DNA of 64,000 nt, from NCBI GenBank assembly GCA_963764165.1, contig CAVXRD010000001.1, forward strand, positions 1,504,001 through 1,568,000. The letters are read 5' to 3'. This stretch comes from an uncultured Verrucomicrobiae bacterium (GTDB lineage: Bacteria; Verrucomicrobiota; Verrucomicrobiia; Limisphaerales; Palsa-1400). Shown one piece after another: positions 23,520-34,109 of this stretch. The notes beneath the pieces are model-generated. The model made no database searches. It was given only the letters and a program-made list of their open reading frames with translations, and was not told the DNA's origin. A program made the position numbers and the translations under genes. Numbering within the stretch: the first letter of the stretch is position 1; every line of letters starts with the position of its first letter.

Positions 23520-23942
23520 ATGGACACGGCTGTCATAAATGTCGATATCTGCTCAGTCAGTATTATTCTTATCGAGGACGATCAGGACGATATTTTCTTT
23601 TTTCTCCGGTCACTATCGGCTGCAGGTTTTCCGAAGCAATGTATTCATGTGTTTGACGGGAATTCTGTGAGGTCGTATCTCGAAGCCCATGCCCGCCAGC
23701 CGCACTTGGTGTTCCTCGATCTGAAAATGTCCCGAGTTAACGGATTTGAGTTCCTCGAATGGCTTAGTAACCAATCATTTCGGAGTTTTATCGAAATTGT
23801 TGTCCTCAGCGGCTCAAATTCACCTGATGATTTCAGAGAGGCGAGCGCACTTGGAGCGTCGGATTTCCTTCCCAAACCTCTATCAAGCACTGTTCTCGCG
23901 GAAAAAATCCACGATTGGCTGCATCAATCGGCGCAAGCGTAA
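23520..23942 (+). CDS. Single-domain response regulator
   Basis: ILIEDD, FLDLKM, LSGS, KP. Confidence 0.8.
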   Translation: MDTAVINVDICSVSIILIEDDQDDIFFFLRSLSAAGFPKQCIHVFDGNSVRSYLEAHARQPHLVFLDLKMSRVNGFEFLEWLSNQSFRSFIEIVVLSGSNSPDDFREASALGASDFLPKPLSSTVLAEKIHDWLHQSAQA

Positions 23943-24202
23943 GCCCCTCATGGGGAATTCGTTGCACAAACCAATGACGTGAAGTGGCCACACCCTAAAA
24001 AATGCACCGACGCGACCGGAAACAAGAGGATTGATCGGTTAGTCGATTCAAAGCGGTCGCATCCGCGCCTATTAACTTTCCTTAATTCCAATTCCAGTGC
24101 CAGAGACGAGAAAATCGCTAGCGTCAGTTCGGCTGCGACCGCTAGGCCGAATTCTGAGCCTCACCGATTGGCGTTTCAGATTTTGAGAAAGCGTCGTAAA
24201 TT

Positions 24203-24691
24203 TTACAGTTCTCCAAACTGGACCTTGCGCGCCGCATCCAAGCCGTCCGTGCAAATTAATGGAAGTTCGTTCAACCGCAGCCAAAAGTCTTTTATCATTC
24301 TGGCAAGTTCTGCCCTTTGAGAGATTCCGGGGGGTTTAACGACAAAAGCGTTTACACCAAGCCGGTAGGCTTGCTCAACATCGGTCGGAATTGCAGAAGA
24401 TGACAACATTACGGTCGGCAGGCAGCGGAACGATTCCTCACTCTGAAGCCATCGCAATACATCAATCCCGCTTTTGCGCGGCATTTTCAGATCAAGAATT
24501 ACCAAAGCAGGCAAAGGAAAATGGTTCCGATCGGAATATTTTCCTTTACCAGAAAGATACTCGATAGCCTCCTGGCCGTCGCAAACAATGCGAAGTGGAG
24601 TCTGGATTCCCGCATCTTCAAACGCGCGTTGCAGAAGGAACACGTCATTTGGATCATCTTCCGCCAATAACACTCCACGATCAGTTTTCAT
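24203..24691 (-). CDS. Single-domain response regulator (Rcp1-like)
   Basis: LLAEDDPND, ILDLKMP, KP; ATGA overlap with the kinase stop. Confidence 0.88.
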   Translation of the reverse strand: MKTDRGVLLAEDDPNDVFLLQRAFEDAGIQTPLRIVCDGQEAIEYLSGKGKYSDRNHFPLPALVILDLKMPRKSGIDVLRWLQSEESFRCLPTVMLSSSAIPTDVEQAYRLGVNAFVVKPPGISQRAELARMIKDFWLRLNELPLICTDGLDAARKVQFGEL

Positions 24692-26610
24692 GTTTCTGCT
24701 CCCGATAATTGCAACCAAAACCGACTTCCTTTTCCCGGTTCGGATTCAACCCCAGCTTCGCCGCCCATGCGCTCGGCCGCTTTGCGGACGATAGCCAGTC
24801 CGATGCCCGTTCCCGGAAAAGCGTTGCCATGCATCCTTTGAAACATTTGGAAAAGGCGTGGCTTTCCATGGGCAGCAATGCCAATACCGTTGTCTTCAAT
24901 CCAAAGACGCACCCCGCCGCCATTCCGCTCGGTGTAAATGCGGACCGCAGGCACAGTGTTTTGTGACACAAATTTAACCGCATTGTCTAACAAATTCGTA
25001 ATGCACTGGGTCAGGGAAGTTTCGTTTCCCGTCACCCACAATAACGGCGTTTCAATCTTGATCTCGGCTCGCGGTAGCTGAAAGTCGGGCCGGTCCTGAA
25101 TAATATTCTGGATAACTTTATACACATCGACAGCCTCAATCGCGACCGGGGCGCGAGCCACGCGAGTAAACGTGAGCAAATCGAGGATCAATTTGTCCAT
25201 GCGTTGGGCAGCCCTGATGGCTTTCCTGAGCAGGTCCGATCCTTTCGGGTCAATTTTTTCACCGTAATCCTTCAACACAATTTCCGAGAAGCTTTCAATG
25301 GTCCGCAATGGAGCGCGCATGTCATGCGACAAGCTATACGAAAAAGCTTCCAGTTCGGAGACGGTCTTTTCCAGTGTGCGTGTGCGTTCACGAACCTCAC
25401 GTTCCAACTCTCCGGCATACGATTGAAGTTTTGCGTTCGCTTCTGCCAGGGCCTGCTCGGCGTGCTTGCGTTCGGAAATATCGCGGGCGATTTTCGAGGC
25501 CCCGATTATCTGGCCGTCGCTATCTTTAATAGGAGAGATAGTCAATGAAATCGGAAGTCGGCGGCCATCCTTGGCCACTCGAACCGTTTCAAAGTGATAC
25601 ACGCGCTCCCCTCGTCGCAACCGGGCGAGGATTTCATCCTCTTCTTTTTGCAGTTCCAGAGGAATCAACATTTTGATCGACCGGCCAATTATTTCGTCCC
25701 CTGAGTAGCCAAAGAGGCGTTGCGCGCCTTCATTCCAACTGGTAATAATCCCGTCAAGATTCTTGCTGATAATCGCGTCGTCGGAATTTTGCACGATCGC
25801 GGCAAGCCTCAATGCCGTCACTTCGGCCGCGCGGTGCTCAGTGACATCCCGGAAAACCAGAACCACTCCAAGCAACTCCCCCGCGCTTCCGCGTATCGGC
25901 GCTCCGCTGTCGTCAATTGGCCGTTCTGTTCCGTCCTTTGAAATGAGAATAGTATGGTTGGCCAGCCCGACAACGGTTCCTTGTTGAAGAACTTTGGTGA
26001 CGGGGTTTTCAACGGGTTTTCGGGTAAATTCGTTGACGATATTAAATGTGTCAACCAACGGAACGCCGAAAGCCTCTGGTGGCTTATGTCCTGTCAATGC
26101 CTCGGCCACGGCGTTCATGAATGTGACTCGACCGTTCCGGTCCGTCGCGATTACGCCGTCCCCTATGCTGGACAAGGTGACACGAAATTGTTCTTCACTT
26201 TGCCGAATCCGTTCCCGGGCAGCCACTTGGGGGGTAATGTCTCTCGCAATTTTGGATGCTCCAATAATCTTTCCATCTGAATCAACGACAGGCGAGACGG
26301 TGAGCGAAATATTCAGCAGGGCACCGTTCTTGGCCCGTCGAATGGTTTCGTAATGTCTAATACGCTCGCCCCTCTTGATTCGTTCGAGAATCATTGGCTC
26401 CTCGTCCGTCCGGTCGGGGGGGATGAGCATTACCACCGGTTGTCCGATGGCCTCCTGCGGCGTGTATCCAAAAATCATTTCGGCGCCTCGGTTCCAACTC
26501 GTAATGACGCCATCGAGATTTTTAATAATGATCGCGTCGTCGGACGAGTCCATAATGGCCACCAGCAATGCATGAGACTGCTCCTCGAACGGATTCATAA
26601 TTCTCAACAC
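24688..26610 (-). CDS. Cytoplasmic multi-PAS sensor histidine kinase
   Basis: Three PAS/PAC units; FSYSLSHDMRAPLR H-box; NLLDNAVKF, DNGIGI, GTGIGL. Confidence 0.93.
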   Translation of the reverse strand: MLRIMNPFEEQSHALLVAIMDSSDDAIIIKNLDGVITSWNRGAEMIFGYTPQEAIGQPVVMLIPPDRTDEEPMILERIKRGERIRHYETIRRAKNGALLNISLTVSPVVDSDGKIIGASKIARDITPQVAARERIRQSEEQFRVTLSSIGDGVIATDRNGRVTFMNAVAEALTGHKPPEAFGVPLVDTFNIVNEFTRKPVENPVTKVLQQGTVVGLANHTILISKDGTERPIDDSGAPIRGSAGELLGVVLVFRDVTEHRAAEVTALRLAAIVQNSDDAIISKNLDGIITSWNEGAQRLFGYSGDEIIGRSIKMLIPLELQKEEDEILARLRRGERVYHFETVRVAKDGRRLPISLTISPIKDSDGQIIGASKIARDISERKHAEQALAEANAKLQSYAGELEREVRERTRTLEKTVSELEAFSYSLSHDMRAPLRTIESFSEIVLKDYGEKIDPKGSDLLRKAIRAAQRMDKLILDLLTFTRVARAPVAIEAVDVYKVIQNIIQDRPDFQLPRAEIKIETPLLWVTGNETSLTQCITNLLDNAVKFVSQNTVPAVRIYTERNGGGVRLWIEDNGIGIAAHGKPRLFQMFQRMHGNAFPGTGIGLAIVRKAAERMGGEAGVESEPGKGSRFWLQLSGAET

Positions 26611-27174
26611 TTTATTCCAGTAATTTTGACGAGTGTTATAAGGTGCTCTCCTACGCGGTCAGAAGAAACGGAATCATTCAGCCTCTCCCATCTCTTTCGA
26701 AATATCGGCGCAAGACGGCGATCCCGCAACCCCAAATTCGCATTGGAAACGTGTCCACTGCCGCGCTCGGGAGGGCCTCGCCATCGCACGAGGGAATACG
26801 GGCTCTCCGATTCAACCCATCGTAACAGACGTTGTAATGCCACATAGGGGTGGCCACTATGAGTGAACGCCATCGTCGCAATATGCCCGAACGTCAAAAC
26901 ACTGATTAGATCGGGCTACGCCGATGAAAACACAGCGCTTTTCATGTTCTCCCGCAAGGCCGTGCGTCCCTTCCAAAGCCTTATTTGTTAGTGGCTCTTA
27001 CGAACAAGGTTCGAGAAATGTTGGATCATTAAGACAGGCTCGATTGTTCACGGGTCGGCCACTCGATTATATTACACGCTCTCAACCCTGAACCTCTTTA
27101 ATATTGCGCGGTGTTTGAACTTGTCACATTGCCTTCTAAGTTCCTGGTCGTAAAGGTCTTACAGCTTGTGCGCG

Positions 27175-27681
27175 ATGTTGCCTTTTTGCGACCGCACTGT
27201 AAGCGTCGCCCGGAAGGATGTTGCACCCGTATGGACACGGAGTTTTCCAATTGCAAAGGAGCCTACAACCCTTGGCGAACACCTCAAGAAGAAACGGTTC
27301 TTGGCTGGCATCCGACAATCGGAAGCCGCTCTAAAACTGGGGGTTAGCGACAGAACCCTTAGCCTTTGGGAAACAGACCGGGTGTATCCGGCCTGGGCTT
27401 TCCAGCCCCGTCTAATCACTTACCTCGGATACGACCCATTCACCAACCCGGCGCTTGGAAATCCTAAAGGCAACGAAACATCGCGTGTTGCCTTTTTATC
27501 ACCCGATGCCCCCGCCACCACCGGTCAGAAAATCAAAAACCGCCGTTTTAAATTAAAGAAAACGAGGAAGCAATTGGCATCGGAACTAGGCGTTAGCGTC
27601 AAAACGCTGTGGAGCTGGGAAACAGATCGCCGGCAACCGACATCCCAAGGCCAAGAGCAGATTGCAAAGTTTCTTGAATGA
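27175..27681 (+). CDS. Double XRE-family HTH protein (paralog of 10812..11324)
   Basis: MLPFCDRT...GEHLKKKR...QSEAALKLGVS...second HTH ELGVSVKTLWSWETDRRQP. Confidence 0.7.
   Translation: MLPFCDRTVSVARKDVAPVWTRSFPIAKEPTTLGEHLKKKRFLAGIRQSEAALKLGVSDRTLSLWETDRVYPAWAFQPRLITYLGYDPFTNPALGNPKGNETSRVAFLSPDAPATTGQKIKNRRFKLKKTRKQLASELGVSVKTLWSWETDRRQPTSQGQEQIAKFLE
27466..27495. repeat. Inverted repeat AAAGGCAAC-N12-GTTGCCTTT (second copy)
   Basis: Read directly; its right arm lies 310 bp downstream of the half-site at 27177, the same spacing as the first copy. Confidence 0.7.
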
Positions 27682-28037
27682 GCGGATTACCGTTGGCGGC
27701 ACTGGGCCTGTTGGCTTCTTGCCACCGCACCATTCACCATGTTCACAGAACAACATCGCTCCATTTTAAGCAGTTGCGAAACTATCCAGCAAGCCCCAAG
27801 ACCCTTGGCGAGCACCTTCGCAAAAAGCGGATGGACCTCCACCTTTCCATGCCGCAACTTGCTGCAACGCTGGGACTTGGAATCACCGTCACCGAGATCG
27901 AGAAATGGGAAAAGAATCAGAATCGACCGACGAACGAACACCGCCATCAAATCGTTCAGTTCCTTGGGTTTGACCCGGCAACCACAAAAAACAGGCAGCT
28001 AATAGCGAGCCGCCTGTTGGGTATTGACCACCGATAA
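27678..28037 (+). CDS. XRE-family HTH protein
   Basis: PKTLGEHLRKKRMDLHLSMPQLA...IEKWEKNQNRP...FLGFDP; ATGA overlap with the upstream gene. Confidence 0.7.
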   Translation: MSGLPLAALGLLASCHRTIHHVHRTTSLHFKQLRNYPASPKTLGEHLRKKRMDLHLSMPQLAATLGLGITVTEIEKWEKNQNRPTNEHRHQIVQFLGFDPATTKNRQLIASRLLGIDHR

Positions 28038-28491
28038 GTGCTAGCGCGGTGACAGCGCAACGCCCTAAATTGTGGAAATTTGATTCAAGAGCCAGCCTGC
28101 CGTAGTCTCTCTGGCATGATTAAACGGATGATTGGTGGACAGAATTGCAGGACTGTCGCCTTCCGAATGCGCTCCGGTGGTCCCCCAATTCTTGGTTTCT
28201 TGATGAGGTTTTAGTCAGGCATATGGTTTGGTCCTTAGGCTCGTTTAGTTTGGAAGTGCTTGCTTGTTAACGGGTTTAGGACGGTTCGAACGACTCATCA
28301 GAGTGAAAAGTAGCGACGGCGAAGAAGTTGTGGAAACCGTTTGCACGTCGCGAGTTCTGGTGACGGGCAGTCTGGATTTCGTCGCCAACGCCCAGCGAAC
28401 TTCATTCGCTATTTATAGATCTTAAAAGAAGTACATTCTATTTGACGATTGTTCTTGAACTTCACGATGGAAACGCATAATGTAATAACCA

Positions 28492-29451
28492 ATGGTACCA
28501 AGCTTATTGGAAACTTTTGCGCCGATCCTTAGAGCGACTCGTGAGGAAAAAGGCTGGGCGCAAGCCGAATTGGCCGAAAACAGTCGCGTCGCGCTACGAA
28601 CGATTATGAACCTTGAATCTCCAAAAGGGAATACAAAGGTCAGATTCGACGTCATCGTTAGATTGGCACATGCACTGAGCAAGCCTCAGACCGATTGGCT
28701 GAAGCACACGGGGCACTCCCAAATCCCCCAGACCCGAATTGACCAAGTATTGAAAAAAATGGGCGTAGTCGATTTCCACGGGGAGAAGGAACCAGTCCAT
28801 TTTTTTCAAAGCTTGGATGACAAGCTCCAAAAGGGGAGTCCTGTGATCGCCATCATTTGCTATCGAACATTTTCATCGTACACTCACCAAAAATTCTTTG
28901 CGACTAGCATAGCGCCGTTGCTCGACACAGGGAAACTGTTTCTCGCTCTTGTTTGCCCATATCCCAAAATCCAGGATATCGATCAAGTACAGAAGCAAAC
29001 TCTTTCAAGGATATATTCGCAAGTGAGAAGTGAAGTGATCGGAATCACCAAGGAAGTAAAGACCGTGATGAGAAATCCGCAATTCAGAAATCACATGGCG
29101 GCGTTCTCTTTAAATGCGAAGCTCGACAACGCGGTGCCTCCAACGCTCGGACTCTCGGAGTTCCGGCCCATACTGGTGCAATCATTTGTAGAATATTCGC
29201 CAACAAACAAGAAGCCAGAGTATGAATTGACCGGTTGGCTAACGTTCCTACAAGATCACAAGGAACGCTGGATACATATTTTTCCTGCACCGCCGAAACT
29301 CACATCTCAACAAGACGCCCATCGTAAAATATGCGATGCTTGGAAGGAATATTTTCAAGAGATCCTTGATAACTGTAACTATGAAAACGAAGGTTGGATG
29401 AAAGACTCACAGCATTGGGGCATTTGGGATATGGCGGACATTATGATATAA
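28492..29451 (+). CDS. XRE HTH regulator with unknown C-terminal domain
   Basis: LRATREEKGWAQAELAENSRVALRTIMNLE. Confidence 0.75.
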   Translation: MVPSLLETFAPILRATREEKGWAQAELAENSRVALRTIMNLESPKGNTKVRFDVIVRLAHALSKPQTDWLKHTGHSQIPQTRIDQVLKKMGVVDFHGEKEPVHFFQSLDDKLQKGSPVIAIICYRTFSSYTHQKFFATSIAPLLDTGKLFLALVCPYPKIQDIDQVQKQTLSRIYSQVRSEVIGITKEVKTVMRNPQFRNHMAAFSLNAKLDNAVPPTLGLSEFRPILVQSFVEYSPTNKKPEYELTGWLTFLQDHKERWIHIFPAPPKLTSQQDAHRKICDAWKEYFQEILDNCNYENEGWMKDSQHWGIWDMADIMI

Positions 29452-29517
29452 TGCTAGCGATGCCACGGTCGATCTCTAAGATGAGGTTGATCAACAATTT
29501 AATATCTGCTTGATGAT

Positions 29518-30300
29518 ATGAGAGACATTTGCGACAATGCTGAGTCACCTAGCTACGTGTCACTACCAGTGATTAAAGCAAACACATTGGTCCCCAAAAG
29601 CAGAGCACAGCAACGACGTGAATCCTCCTTGCACCCCCCTGCTCGCCCCCTTGAACCGGATTTCAAGATAAGAGCGCGCTCGATTCTCGTGACTGGAACA
29701 GATCTGGTAGGCAAAACGACTCTAATAAATCGACTTGTCCCGCATCTAAGAAACAGTGGCTTTAAAATCACTCCAAACAAGCACGACCTTCACAAAACGG
29801 CATTGATGCCTAGTATTCATACTCTGCTAGAGGCTGCTTCGCCGGAAGACCTCCTGCAGATAAACAGCCTCTTCTTTGTGACTTTCCTCATCGACTCAAT
29901 GAAATTCAATCCGGAGCCTGACGCTATCATCATTCAAGACTCTTACGTCTGTCGCACTATGGCATTCTCCTTGGCTTATAATTTAACTCCTATCACTGAT
30001 CTCTTTGAAGCATTTAGGCATCACTTCTTCTCTTTTGATGTAACAATTCACCTGACCGCAACGATCGAAGCGAGAAAGCAGCGACTGTCAGTTAGAGGCA
30101 ATTCCAATTCTCAAGATCACTTGATCATTACTGATCCAGCGAAGGTGTCACTAATGGATCACCACCTAAGCAACATAGTCAAAACCCATAAGGAGTATCT
30201 TCAGCTCGACACGTCGGAGTTGACAATCCCCCAGGTATTTGAGACGGTTACTAAGTACCTATGCGAGGACATCTCACCGCTCCTGGGAATCGAAGTTTAA
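29518..30300 (+). CDS. Thymidylate-kinase-like P-loop nucleotide kinase
   Basis: ILVTGTDLVGKTT, IIQDSY, TIHLTATIEARKQRL, LDTSELT; start uncertain. Confidence 0.75.
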   Translation: MRDICDNAESPSYVSLPVIKANTLVPKSRAQQRRESSLHPPARPLEPDFKIRARSILVTGTDLVGKTTLINRLVPHLRNSGFKITPNKHDLHKTALMPSIHTLLEAASPEDLLQINSLFFVTFLIDSMKFNPEPDAIIIQDSYVCRTMAFSLAYNLTPITDLFEAFRHHFFSFDVTIHLTATIEARKQRLSVRGNSNSQDHLIITDPAKVSLMDHHLSNIVKTHKEYLQLDTSELTIPQVFETVTKYLCEDISPLLGIEV

Positions 30301-30313
30301 GCCATAATCTCAT

Positions 30314-31963
30314 ATGAAGCCTACTCTTCGATCGCCGCCGGTAATCTTGCCATTTTGTCGCACGCTTCTATCCCAATCTGGAGCGTCTCTGACAATGTCA
30401 TCGATAGCGAGTTATTTGGAAATGCACGGATACGAGGCGGACTTGCAGTTTATCGAGAGAGATAATACAGAAAGTATTCCACGCTTTCTAGCTCATCTAA
30501 ACGGATTGGCCAACCCGCTGGTAATTGCAAAAATCAATTTTCAAGATCAGTCGGTTATGTTGTCGCTGCTTAAGCACTTGAAGGAACTCAAAAGGGTGGC
30601 GAAAGTGGCTTTATGCGGCCCATTTGCCGCCCAACATTATCTCTCCATCATGGCGGCTAACCCATTCGTAGATGCAATATTGGTCGGTCAACCTGAGGTC
30701 GCTGCTCTTGATTTTGTTCAGTCTGAGTCGAATACCAACCAGGGCGGCACAACATATTCCTTCGCCCGAAGAGATCATGTCCAGACTGATATGATCGTTG
30801 CTCCCGTTGTTGGACGCACTGTCGCGCTTGAGAATCTACCGCATCCAAAACGATCCGTGGAAATTGAGGAAACTACTCCTCACGTTAATCTGGAAGCCTC
30901 TCGCGGATGCACGTTCGGCTGCAGTTTCTGTCACCTCAGTAAAACAGCAATCAGTTACAGATCACCAGCCTCTGTAATCGAAGAGATTGCTTATCTGAAC
31001 AGGTCTTTAGGCAAATCGCTTTTCATTTTTAACGACAGTTGCTTTTGGGCAAGCTCAGAGGATGATGCACGCATTATGGCGATCGCCAACGGCATTCTCG
31101 CCAAGTCGCTTGATGTCCGCTTATACGTTTACCTTAGAGTAAGGCCGCTTATCTCAAAGCCCATTTTAGGCGCCCTAGTTGAGGCTGGGCTGGTGAGGGT
31201 GTTTTTGGGAGTCGAGTCAGCTGTAAAACGAATCAAACGCGATTTCCATAAGCCCTCAGATGATGTGGACTTTGGAAAGGCGCGAAGTCTCTTCGAGAGA
31301 GATTTTAATCTGAATGTCCATATCGGTTTTATTACCGTCGAACCTCATTCCACTATTGTGGAAGTCGAACTCAATATCGATTATCTGATGGATATTGAGA
31401 AGTTGTTTAGAATAGGCATCATAACGGAACCGATGCGAGCTATACCTGGCACCGAAAGCTTTAATCGGCTTCTTGAAAGAGGCTTAATGCCAGATGGTTT
31501 GAACTATACCGCTATCACTTATGGTTATCGGTTTCAACATCAAGAAACTTTTGTTTTTTTGCGTGAGATGCAACAATTGTTTAGGATGACGCTTAGACAA
31601 GAGGCCTACAAATTCGAGTATTTTTCCACGGTTGTTGGGTTGCTTAAATCGCTTTCGATTCGCTTGCTCGGCTCCCTGCCTGCTCACATAGATATTCAAT
31701 TCCAGACAGTTTTACGATTGCGCGGCGAGGGTATGGTTATGCTTTACCATCATATGAAACATCAAATTCAATACCTAAAGCACAATCCACAGTGCTCCGA
31801 AATACCAAAAGGACAAAGCTATGCGGATTTTGTATTTAACTTCAAGCGAACCTCCTTGGAATTGGAACTCGCTTATGGCTCCTTAGTCGCGCTTTTGCAA
31901 GGAACTGGTGCCGGAAGGGCGGTTCGGGAAGTTTATTCTGGTATGGAAAGGATTCGTGGTTGA
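30314..31963 (+). CDS. B12-binding-domain radical SAM enzyme (class B-like)
   Basis: EASRGCTFGCSFC (CxxxCxxC), FNDSCF, LGVES; N-terminal GPFA...VDAILVGQPE B12-binding-like segment. Confidence 0.85.
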   Translation: MKPTLRSPPVILPFCRTLLSQSGASLTMSSIASYLEMHGYEADLQFIERDNTESIPRFLAHLNGLANPLVIAKINFQDQSVMLSLLKHLKELKRVAKVALCGPFAAQHYLSIMAANPFVDAILVGQPEVAALDFVQSESNTNQGGTTYSFARRDHVQTDMIVAPVVGRTVALENLPHPKRSVEIEETTPHVNLEASRGCTFGCSFCHLSKTAISYRSPASVIEEIAYLNRSLGKSLFIFNDSCFWASSEDDARIMAIANGILAKSLDVRLYVYLRVRPLISKPILGALVEAGLVRVFLGVESAVKRIKRDFHKPSDDVDFGKARSLFERDFNLNVHIGFITVEPHSTIVEVELNIDYLMDIEKLFRIGIITEPMRAIPGTESFNRLLERGLMPDGLNYTAITYGYRFQHQETFVFLREMQQLFRMTLRQEAYKFEYFSTVVGLLKSLSIRLLGSLPAHIDIQFQTVLRLRGEGMVMLYHHMKHQIQYLKHNPQCSEIPKGQSYADFVFNFKRTSLELELAYGSLVALLQGTGAGRAVREVYSGMERIRG

Positions 31964-32594
31964 TCACCCTTTAATCATCAGTGTCGACGGGAATGTGAAT
32001 GCTGGAAAAACAACATTGCTCAAGACACTTGTAGCAGCCGACCTGGGAACCAGAATGCAATACATCCCGGAGCATTCAGACTTGTTAACTTGCATTGCAG
32101 AGGCGCCGGAGCACTCATATTTCGACTCGCAGAAAAAGTTTCTCTTAACGGAGAGAATCCGACTGACAATGGTGACTGGATCATCAGCCACATTGCTTCT
32201 GATGGACCGCTCCTTTGTTTCCATTTTCGCTCATACGATTGCGACAAAGCCGCGTTCTAGTGCTGCTAGGCACAGTGTTCTCGAAGAGCTGTTTGAACTC
32301 ATCAAATCGAGGCTGTTAAGCATTCCCCACTGTTTTGTGTTCCTTGACGTGGCTTACTCAACTAGCCTTAGTCGCTTTTACACCAATCGATGGGAGAAAG
32401 GCACCGACCTCGCTTTGATCGCTAAGCCCTACTTCCACCGCCTGCGCCGGATATACACTCGTTGGATTTCTTTGGTGGAAGGGCACTTGTTATTGTCCCC
32501 AGGCAGATTTGATATCTCTCGGCTAACTCTGCGATATTACAATCCGGGAGCGTTGATTCAGGCGTTGCAGACAATCTCCCAGGAGGAGGATTAG
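31956..32594 (+). CDS. Deoxynucleoside/dNMP kinase family protein
   Basis: ISVDGNVNAGKTT, IPE, LMDRS, FVFLDV; GTG start overlapping the radical SAM stop, preceded by GAAAGGA. Confidence 0.75.
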   Translation: MVDHPLIISVDGNVNAGKTTLLKTLVAADLGTRMQYIPEHSDLLTCIAEAPEHSYFDSQKKFLLTERIRLTMVTGSSATLLLMDRSFVSIFAHTIATKPRSSAARHSVLEELFELIKSRLLSIPHCFVFLDVAYSTSLSRFYTNRWEKGTDLALIAKPYFHRLRRIYTRWISLVEGHLLLSPGRFDISRLTLRYYNPGALIQALQTISQEED

Positions 32595-32595
32595 T

Positions 32596-33540
32596 ATGCC
32601 CATCGAGATAAGTTGCGGCTATCGGATACACGTCAATAGCATCGATATGAACGGCTTCAATCTGCGCGTGTGTGGTGGAATCGGATTTTGCCTAGATGAA
32701 CCTCGCCTCCACGTTGGTGTGGAGAATTATGATTATGATCTGGTTCCCGAGGATTTGCTGGAGGAATTGATGCCTCTTTGTGCGGAATTTCGACTACGTT
32801 ATGGACGTGCGGACTTTTATCGCGTTTTTTGCCATGATCGCATTCATCGGCATAAGGGTTTGGGCAGCAGCACGCTTCTTAAGCTTTGCGTTCTAAGGGG
32901 CTTGCATGAGTTAGCAGACTTGCCATTCACGAAGAGCGTTGCTACATCATTCCGCCTTGGACTAACATCCGGCATTGGGTTTAACGCGTTCTTCGACGGT
33001 GGGTTTTTAGTGGACGGTGGCTATTTGGCCTATTCCGGTCACAAGACTCTCAATGGAGAGGTTGCTGGACACCGCGCTCCTATTCTCTTCCGGGCGGACT
33101 TTCCAAGTGATTGGCTGGTTCATGTCGCCATTCCAAATAAACACAAATCTTTGGACGCGGATGATGAGGTGGCTTTTTTTAATCGAATCACTCCGATTCC
33201 AAATGAGGAGGTGCATATGATTGCCTATAATGTCCTTATGGGAGTGATGCCAAGTCTGATGGAGGGCGACTTGGACGCATTTCTAAAAAGTTTGATCGCT
33301 GTGGTTAGCTGTGGCACTAAACGACACGAAACAGCCCTGCATGCGACGCTTTGCCAGAGTCTAATGACTCGTATGAACGCGGATTTCGGATTTGTGGCTG
33401 TATCTTCGTTAGGGCCTAGTGTGTATGCCATCTCTAACCAATGTATTGATATCTCCTCATATCAGCGCGACTTCACTGACTTCATTTTTAGTTCTTCTCG
33501 CGTCTCTTGTGCCGGGCACAGAATGGTAAGAATTCCATAG
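32596..33540 (+). CDS. Beta-RFAP synthase-like GHMP-fold enzyme (MptG/ForT/PyrE-like C-glycoside synthase)
   Basis: RIH...D..G...R..GGIG, HKGLGSST, SGIG..AF..GGFLVDGG, SSLGP; strong AGGAGGAGG RBS. Confidence 0.8.
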   Translation: MPIEISCGYRIHVNSIDMNGFNLRVCGGIGFCLDEPRLHVGVENYDYDLVPEDLLEELMPLCAEFRLRYGRADFYRVFCHDRIHRHKGLGSSTLLKLCVLRGLHELADLPFTKSVATSFRLGLTSGIGFNAFFDGGFLVDGGYLAYSGHKTLNGEVAGHRAPILFRADFPSDWLVHVAIPNKHKSLDADDEVAFFNRITPIPNEEVHMIAYNVLMGVMPSLMEGDLDAFLKSLIAVVSCGTKRHETALHATLCQSLMTRMNADFGFVAVSSLGPSVYAISNQCIDISSYQRDFTDFIFSSSRVSCAGHRMVRIP

Positions 33541-33566
33541 TAAGTTACCTTAAGACTTAAAGTCTT

Positions 33567-34022
33567 ATGCAAATCCGCTCGATCGCTATTTGTCTTTTTC
33601 GTAATGGGTCGCGAATTCTTGTAATGGAAGGGCAGGACTCCTCGAACGGAAGATTTTATTATCGCCCGTTGGGCGGCGAGATTGAGCCTGGTGAGAGTAG
33701 TGCACAAGCATTGATGCGCGAAATGCGCGAAGAACTCAATGCCACTGTCGCCGGATTACGCTTAGTGCATGTGATCGAGAACTTGTTCGCGGTTGAGGGT
33801 GTATGTGGGCATCAGATCGTTTTCGTATACGATGGGCATTTCACCGACTCTCGCCTATACGAAAACGAATGCTTAATGTTTCGAGAAGGCGCAGGTCCGG
33901 AACGAACGGCCGTTTGGAAGGAGTTAAGTGAGTTCGATTTTAGGCACCGTCTTGTTCCCGCTGGTTTATTAGACCTCATAGTAAACAGAAGTTCCGATCC
34001 GTTTTTGAGTAGTGGCTTTTGA
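33567..34022 (+). CDS. NUDIX hydrolase
   Basis: Nudix box GGEIEPGESSAQALMREMREEL. Confidence 0.88.
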   Translation: MQIRSIAICLFRNGSRILVMEGQDSSNGRFYYRPLGGEIEPGESSAQALMREMREELNATVAGLRLVHVIENLFAVEGVCGHQIVFVYDGHFTDSRLYENECLMFREGAGPERTAVWKELSEFDFRHRLVPAGLLDLIVNRSSDPFLSSGF

Positions 34023-34109
34023 TGCAAAGTTTGGTTTGCGTCGCATATGTCGGTCAACGCCACGCGAACCATTGGCGAAAAAGCACCTTTGAGCCGAAGA
34101 ATCGCTTTC

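Noticed and set aside
27152..27164. Left half-site AAAGG at the second junction
   Set aside because: Only 5 bp match and the position is 4 bp off the N12 spacing.
30314..31963. Prokaryotic viperin
   Set aside because: It is 549 aa with a B12-binding-like N-terminus and an SRGC motif, which is class B architecture rather than viperin.
32596..33540. Methanopterin biosynthesis / methylotrophy locus
   Set aside because: No other H4MPT or C1 genes are nearby; the neighbours are nucleotide kinases and NUDIX enzymes.
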